From positions 1 to 28,044 of the forward strand of contig CBDURU010000038.1 of NCBI GenBank assembly GCA_965369865.1: a stretch of DNA of 28,044 bases, given 5' to 3'. The notes under the pieces are model-generated. The model was given only the letters and a program-made list of their open reading frames with translations, made no database searches and was not told the DNA's origin. The stretch comes from an uncultured bacterium. Its GTDB lineage: Bacteria; JAJVIF01; JAPKYR01. Shown piece by piece: positions 7,852-14,400 of this stretch. A program made the position numbers and the translations under genes. Position 1 is the stretch's first letter; each line of letters opens with the position of its first letter.

Positions 7852-9351
7852 TTATCCTTCTTCGCTGCGTTGTCGTCGAAGGGCCTTAAGTTTACCAGGG
7901 TCCACGAATGTGTTATCGATCTCTATTATATCGTCTTTCAGGGAAACCGTGACAGGTGTATCGTCTGCGCTGATTCCCGCGATGATTGCACCGAACATTA
8001 CCCTTATGGGGGAATTCAGCGACTTAGCCGAAACGAAGCAGTATTTTGCACGATCCTGGTCCGCATTATTATCTGTTTGGCTGGGAAGATTGAATTTGAT
8101 AATCTGCAACGGGCAATGTTCAGCGCCAATGACCGGTGCGACCACCCATCCACCGACTTCGATATCCCCACCAACGATCCGTCCCTCCCTCTTAAGGACC
8201 TCAATATCCTTTTTGGCGACAAGCCTGGATCCCAGGGCTTCTATCCTTATAAATATACTCCCGCCTGCTTCAATGGCGCCGTTTTGAATGAACCCCACAT
8301 GAACATCGCCCCCAGCCCTGATCTGTGCCTTTCCCGATGAAAGCACACCACCGTTAATAAATACATCTCCCTTAGCTTCGACAAATGCATCCTCCACGGC
8401 TCCGTGAATACGTAGATCCCCACCGGACTTAACCTCAAACCCGGCTCTTACATCGCCGCGCACAAGCACATCGCTCTTGTAATCAATATTTCCGGTCGAG
8501 TAGTCGACATCATCGGGTACTGTATATACCGGACGGACACCAATCTGGCCCATGTCATTAACCTGGAGGAAACCGGCTTTCGTCGAGAGTAGTTGTAAAC
8601 CGTCATCACTGATCTGGGTATTTTCCCCCCTGTCCAGTGATTTATCTTTTCCGGGATTTGCGAAAATTTCCTTACCAAAAATATTATAACCCGGCGTCCC
8701 TGGTATCGGGGGAGTCCTGATTTGAAGGATTTCACCGGCATCGATCGGCATGATTAAATTTAGCTGTTTGAAGTCAACCTGACCATCGTCAGATTCTTCA
8801 GGAATAAGGTTTTCCTTGAAATCCTTGGTCAGTTTTAATGCTGCATCCTCACCATCGATCGGATCGGAACCTTCAGCGATCAGTTCCCTGAATACCTTGG
8901 GCCACTTTTCAACTATATAATCAACCTGTTCTTCCTTGATGCCGTAAACTACACCTGCATCGACAAGGCTTTTATCGATTTGATCACGAGAGACCGAGTC
9001 GGACATGTTTTCAAGAACCAGATATGCCTCTTTCGCATCACGACTGACCTCAATCACGAAGGGGATGTCCTTGATATCGATAGATTCTTCCTCTTCCAAT
9101 ACTTCAACTTCCCGCTCTTCCGAGGTCTTGATCCCACCAATATGAATTACCTCCCCCTGTTTGGCGTTCCGGAAAAGACTTTCAACATCAGGGAAGATAA
9201 TGGATCCGAGTCCCCGTGACTCGACCTCATCCAAAAAGGCCTGGATGAGTTTATCATCCAACTGGTCGGGAGGGACATTAATGACCATCATGATTTCCTG
9301 TTCTTCCTGGAAGATGAAATATTTTTTTTGAACCGGAGCAGCCATATACAT
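7852..9351 (-). CDS. FapA / DUF342 family protein
   Basis: GVVYGI, IAEG..P.DG.D, DGQVDFKQLN, PGTPGYNIFGKEI, DVDYSTGNIDY, followed by Gly-rich beta-helix repeats. Start could be 9345. Confidence 0.9.
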   Translation of the reverse strand: MYMAAPVQKKYFIFQEEQEIMMVINVPPDQLDDKLIQAFLDEVESRGLGSIIFPDVESLFRNAKQGEVIHIGGIKTSEEREVEVLEEEESIDIKDIPFVIEVSRDAKEAYLVLENMSDSVSRDQIDKSLVDAGVVYGIKEEQVDYIVEKWPKVFRELIAEGSDPIDGEDAALKLTKDFKENLIPEESDDGQVDFKQLNLIMPIDAGEILQIRTPPIPGTPGYNIFGKEIFANPGKDKSLDRGENTQISDDGLQLLSTKAGFLQVNDMGQIGVRPVYTVPDDVDYSTGNIDYKSDVLVRGDVRAGFEVKSGGDLRIHGAVEDAFVEAKGDVFINGGVLSSGKAQIRAGGDVHVGFIQNGAIEAGGSIFIRIEALGSRLVAKKDIEVLKREGRIVGGDIEVGGWVVAPVIGAEHCPLQIIKFNLPSQTDNNADQDRAKYCFVSAKSLNSPIRVMFGAIIAGISADDTPVTVSLKDDIIEIDNTFVDPGKLKALRRQRSEEG

Positions 9352-9638
9352 ATAGTATCGTTCCAGGTACAGGATTTTTAAAAAAACAATTTAAATCTTT
9401 AATATATCCGATTTATTAATATATCTGTTAAATCAATAATTGATCCTGGTGCCAAATGACACTTTTTAAATCTTAATCAAGATGAAATATTTTGGGGAAC
9501 TTATATAATAAGCTGAGGGGGAGAAGCATGTGCAACCGTTTCAGTGAGTCCTGGAGGTGCGAGATGAATTTTCGTAAGCGTATTTTTGATCATGATGGTA
9601 ATATCCCTGTCAGTGAAGGCAGAGCAAGGAGATCAGCA

Positions 9639-9936
9639 ATGTTAACAAATAAGACACGTTACCGTTTATTGAACATCCTTTTGGTTTTATTACTATTCAC
9701 GTCTTGTATCAGTTGTAATGCCAGGCCGGCAGAGGTTGTCAGAACCTATGATGAAAGATGAATTGGAAATTTATGAAATAGGATTCACTTTAGTCAACCT
9801 TGAAGGCGAGGATAATCTTTTGCCTTATATCAAGGGAGATCTCCCGGATGAGGGTGGTGTATCTAAGCGGAAAACAATTGTGTATTCCAGGTTGCCGGAG
9901 GAATTCGAAGAAATTTTTGAACGGTTAATCAGATAG
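9639..9936 (+). pseudogene. Probable frameshifted remnant of a small lipoprotein gene
   Basis: AGGAG ribosome-binding site; ATG 9639 gives signal peptide MLTNKTRYRLLNILLVLLLFTSC, stopping at 9761. A protein-like frame (DELEIYEIGFTLVNLEG...) continues in the +1 frame to 9936. Confidence 0.45.
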
Positions 9937-10002
9937 GTTAATAATGACATAGCAGAGATCCATGGAAAATGATTAAAGAGATCATTAACAGGGTGAATCC
10001 TT

Positions 10003-10917
10003 TTAATCAGGTTCTATAATTGCCCTGAGCATCATCTCTGTAGTGCTGACAAGTAATACGGGATCGATCCGGTCCGGGGTGTCCCGTTCGGTGTGATATT
10101 CCGGATCATATCTCCAGTGAACCCAGGCGGACGGTACACCGGCATATTCGAACGCTTCATGGTCACTCCACGCGCGACGTTCGCCTGAATGCATGGGAAG
10201 GCCCATTGAGTCGCCGATATTAAAAATTTTGGTGCGCCAGAAATCATCGGCCTCTCCCATGTTATCGATCCATAATTCCGATCCGAAACCGACCATATCG
10301 ATCGAGGCCATGGCATGAAGCCGCCCGATGAGGTCCTGGTCAGTTGCCATGAAACGCGAGCCGTAGTGATGATGATCGATGTTGGAATCGATAATTTCCT
10401 CGGCACCGAAAAATACAAACCTGATTGTAAACCGCGGTGTGGCGTTTTGGAGGATTTTGGCAAGTTCGAGCACGACAGCGACCCCGGATGCATTGTCGTT
10501 AGCGCCGGGAGATGGCGGTTTGCTGTCCATGTGTGCCCCGACTATGATAATTTCCGGGATTTTACCTGGCAATTCCGCCCATATATTATGGGAAATCAGG
10601 CTATTATCCAGTATAATATTATCAGACGAGTGAGCGAGATAGCCGTAACGTTCCAGACTGGCAGCGATATAATTTTCCGCGAGCCGTTCATTGACGGTAC
10701 CGGCAGTACGGACACCATATTCGTCAGCCAGTTTGAAGATATGTACGAGCATCCTGTCCGGATTTATTAATTCTATCAATTGCACCAGGATGGTGGGTTT
10801 ATCCAGAGAAGGGTTATTTGAGGATGATTGCAAATCATCCTGAGCATTGAGGCCGTGCGAAGATGTAACAATAAGTACTGCAAAAAATAAGGTGCTTATC
10901 CGGAAAAGCCTTCGCAT
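10003..10917 (-). CDS. Secreted M28-family metallopeptidase (aminopeptidase-like)
   Basis: Signal peptide; GAHMD, PGANDNASG, FGAEE, IDMVG, SDH, YHT..D motifs. Confidence 0.93.
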   Translation of the reverse strand: MRRLFRISTLFFAVLIVTSSHGLNAQDDLQSSSNNPSLDKPTILVQLIELINPDRMLVHIFKLADEYGVRTAGTVNERLAENYIAASLERYGYLAHSSDNIILDNSLISHNIWAELPGKIPEIIIVGAHMDSKPPSPGANDNASGVAVVLELAKILQNATPRFTIRFVFFGAEEIIDSNIDHHHYGSRFMATDQDLIGRLHAMASIDMVGFGSELWIDNMGEADDFWRTKIFNIGDSMGLPMHSGERRAWSDHEAFEYAGVPSAWVHWRYDPEYHTERDTPDRIDPVLLVSTTEMMLRAIIEPD

Positions 10918-11072
10918 ATTTCCTATTTTCGCCGATCATGGGAGAATAGTCAAAATATGGCTGAATTTAAGTTTAATAAGCGGGATTGGACTGCAAGTGT
11001 CGATGCCGGGCAATTTGGTATCTATAAAATTAATTTAAAAATAACCGAAATTTAAGAATTAAGTTAATAAAA

Positions 11073-11231
11073 GTGGGACAACAGCATCAAAAGATGACGA
11101 GGGCTAAATATAAGCAGGTGCCCCGAACGGTGCCGGGTCGTCCAGGACACCCTGGATTTGCCTGGTCACCGGTTACCTTTCCAAGGGCTAAGCCCGGAAC
11201 CATGACGATAATGACAAACCTAATTGCCTAA
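11073..11231. ncRNA. Candidate structured RNA, family unassigned
   Basis: GC-rich island in an AT-rich intergenic region with a three-stem hairpin at 11129-11170 and additional stems; no convincing match to a family I know. Confidence 0.3.
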
Positions 11232-11345
11232 CGTATGGGAACCGCTAAAACTGACATAAAAAGTACAAAATCCAGGAAATTTTCTCTGGAATTGCCGAAA
11301 TACTCCTTTGTATGTCAGATGTATGCCAGAATTGAGATACTTGAG

Positions 11346-11375
11346 TTGCAACTTGTACACTTAACATACTATAAT
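11346..11375 (+). promoter_or_regulatory. Putative sigma70 promoter of the giant lipoprotein gene
   Basis: TTGCAA-N18-TATAAT; the -35 lies inside the perfect palindrome AGTTGCAACT (11344-11353). Confidence 0.45.
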
Positions 11376-11428
11376 AATACGAATCCCAGTACAATAAATT
11401 ACATTTGGGCTGGTGAAAGGAACCTATT

Positions 11429-14400
11429 ATGCACTCCTATACCCGATCGTTGATACCCGGGCTATTTTGCCTGATCGTCCTTTTTATTATTTCTTGTTCA
11501 GGAGGTGGAAGTAATCCGATGGCACCCCCATCCGAGAATCCGGGAACCGATCCCGGTCTCGACTTGACATCCGGTGATGGGGAGCCAGGTTTAACCCCTG
11601 ACCAGGGGCAATCCCATTCCCCCCAAGTCGGACCAATCTCAACCTCAAATATGCTCGGTTACTATGATATTTCCTTTAATCACGGCACAGGCGAGTTTGA
11701 AGCCATTCCGATAAGAGGGGCTCAATTCGCTCTGAACGTGACAGATCTTCTCCAACCACCCCAGGGAGATATCACAAATCTTCAAATTAAGATTATCGAC
11801 GCATCCAAGTTATTGTCGGATGGGTTAGTAACGGTTGAATTCCAAATCACGCATCCATTTAATATTCCGGGGCTGACGTGTTTTGACACTTTTGGGATTC
11901 TTATCGGGCACGGAGGTCATTCATTCAATGAAGATCCCGACGTGACCTACGGTGGCCCAAATGATATTCAGCTCCTGAATTTCGATGGATATACGAGATG
12001 GATGAATCCGGTTGAGTTCACCGACCCTGGGTTATTCGGTTACACCGAAGGGCTGTTCGGCAAAAAGGGTGAAGCATGGACAGCATCGGTAAATCCATAC
12101 AAGTACTTCTCGTACTACCTGGGTCCCCAGGCTGACTTGACAGATTATCTAAGTACGTCAAGTGTAAAGGACTCCAGGGGTGCCTGGCTTCCAGGCTCGC
12201 AGGCGAGTCGTGAGTATGTCATTCAGTTCCCAATGCCAGACGGCAACCTTGACCTGAGATTCCAGTACCTGATATTAACTCGCTGGGCTCCGGCAAAGGA
12301 CGGCAATGGAAACCCAATTCCTAACCCGCAGCCGAGCCAATATCCTCCAGATGCCAATGCACCGGAAGCGGTTTACATTATTGCCGACTCAGAGGGCAGC
12401 ACCTTATTCTTCGATGAAGATAGCGGGGATTCGGGTGGAGACCTGATCTTAAACCTGACAATTTACGACTGGCAGGGAATGGAGGTACTGGGCGGTACCG
12501 GTGTTTTTAACGAGATAAATTCAATCGGACTGGGCAGCCCTGATGGATTATTCACAGTTACCGGGATAAACCTTGATGCAATGGCACTTGCGGGGACAGA
12601 AGTTTCAGCCGGTCACAATTCAACAACCCTGCAAATACTGGTGGAGGATCTACATCCACTTTTCACCGGTCAGAATGAAATTTTCCTAGCCGTGTACAGT
12701 GAAGACCCTTCTACATACGGACCATTTGGAACTTATCCCCAGGATGCCTGGCTTGCTGGTTATACGAAGCTCTATGTTAATGTAAGTCCCGGCGATCCAA
12801 CCAATGAACCACCGAAGATCGATGAGATCCAGGGAGAAACACTGGTAAGTTGTAACGACGGTGAAACCATCTACACTTGTGTTGCATCCGATCCAAACGC
12901 CGGGGATACAATTTCGTACAAGTGGGAACTCGTGGAAAAAGGAACCATCCCTGGATTGACCGGTACTTATTCTGAAGACAATACGGCAACCATAGACTGG
13001 GCCGATGGCGACTTGTATGTTCCTGGTTACTACGAGCTTTGGTTCCGAATTACAGATGGCGTGGACGAAGTTGACGACAAGCTGGAAATTGAAAAGCAAC
13101 CGGGCCTGTTCGAGTTAAGCCCGATTTTTGCGGAAGATGAATTCACTAATAACGTGTATTGCACAACGACAGAAGCCATATATGAAATCTCGGTGGAATC
13201 CTGCGAGCCTGACACAGAGCCGTCTTTCAGGTGGAAACGCGGTTACGGTGATCCACCTGATGAGCTTGACCCGTTCGGGATAGGCTGGTCGCAAAAATCA
13301 CCCGATAATTATATAACCTACAGCTGGCATAACACCGATATCGGTATGTGGTGGATCGCCGCACAGGTGATTGGAAACAATCCGCAACCCCAGGTAAGTG
13401 ACTTTTATTTAGTCGAGCGAGTGAACACTCCTTCGGAGCCGGTCAATCCTCCGGAAGGACCGGACCTCGTAAATTGTAATTCAACTGAAGCTTTGTATGA
13501 CCTTACCGGAGGGGAAGACTGCGATGGTGGATTTGGACCGCTATCAAGGTCCTGGGCAATTACGGATACTCCTGAAGAACCCACATCAGGCTGGCAATTA
13601 ACCGTCGATCCATATTTTATCATTGACTGGTCCGAATACCCAAGTGGTACATTCTATCTTTGGCAAATGGTAGAAATTGATGACTCTGAGACTGTAAGTG
13701 CCTCCCTGGAGGTTATTCGTGCCAATACTCCGCCTGAGGAACCACTCCCGCCTTTCGGTCCTATGGCCGTGGATTGTACTATGAACAACGCAGAGTACAT
13801 TGCCGGGGAAGTTTTCGATTGCGAAGATGACGTTTTAACCAGGCAATGGGTCCTTTCTCTTAATCCTGAAATACCACCGGAAACCGGCTGGGTCGATTTC
13901 ACAGGTGATATATTCTATGTTGACTTCTCAACCGTGGTGAGTGGCGATTATGCCCTTTTCCAGAGGGTGAGTGATGACGATATTATTTTCATAAATTCAC
14001 TTCCCGCTTTGCTCACGAAAACAAATATACCACCATTACAACCGGATGTCCCGATCGGGCCGGAGGTAGTAACATGCACTGACCCGATCCAGGAATATGC
14101 TGCTGGTCCGCCATCCGAATGTGATGTCGAGGATATCATTACGCGTTCATGGGGGGTTTCCGAGGAAATGATCGGATTTCCCGAGGAATGGTTTGAGTTT
14201 ATCGGCGATACTTTCGAGGTGGACTGGATGAGTTACCCCACAGGTATGCTTTACCTCTACCAGAAAATTGAGAGCGGTGATGATGAAAGGACCAGTTTTG
14301 CTCTTTCCGTAATTAAGGAAAATGCTGCGCCGGTTGTAGGACTCCCGTCCGGACCGACCAGTGTCGATTGTTCGATGATAGACGCGGAATACGAACTGAG

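Noticed and set aside
9759..9761. Selenocysteine or stop-codon reassignment at TGA
   Set aside because: The continuation is in a different frame, and TGA, TAA and TAG all end well-supported genes in this window.
11081..11170. glmS ribozyme, c-di-GMP-I riboswitch, twister ribozyme or tmRNA
   Set aside because: Only fragments match. AGCGCC and the P2.1 region of glmS, the GNRA loop and CAAAG of c-di-GMP-I, the twister core and a tRNA-like domain are all missing; there is no glmS gene.
11235..11453. 72-aa ORF upstream of the giant lipoprotein
   Set aside because: Spans a palindrome and the putative promoter, with no convincing SD or motif.
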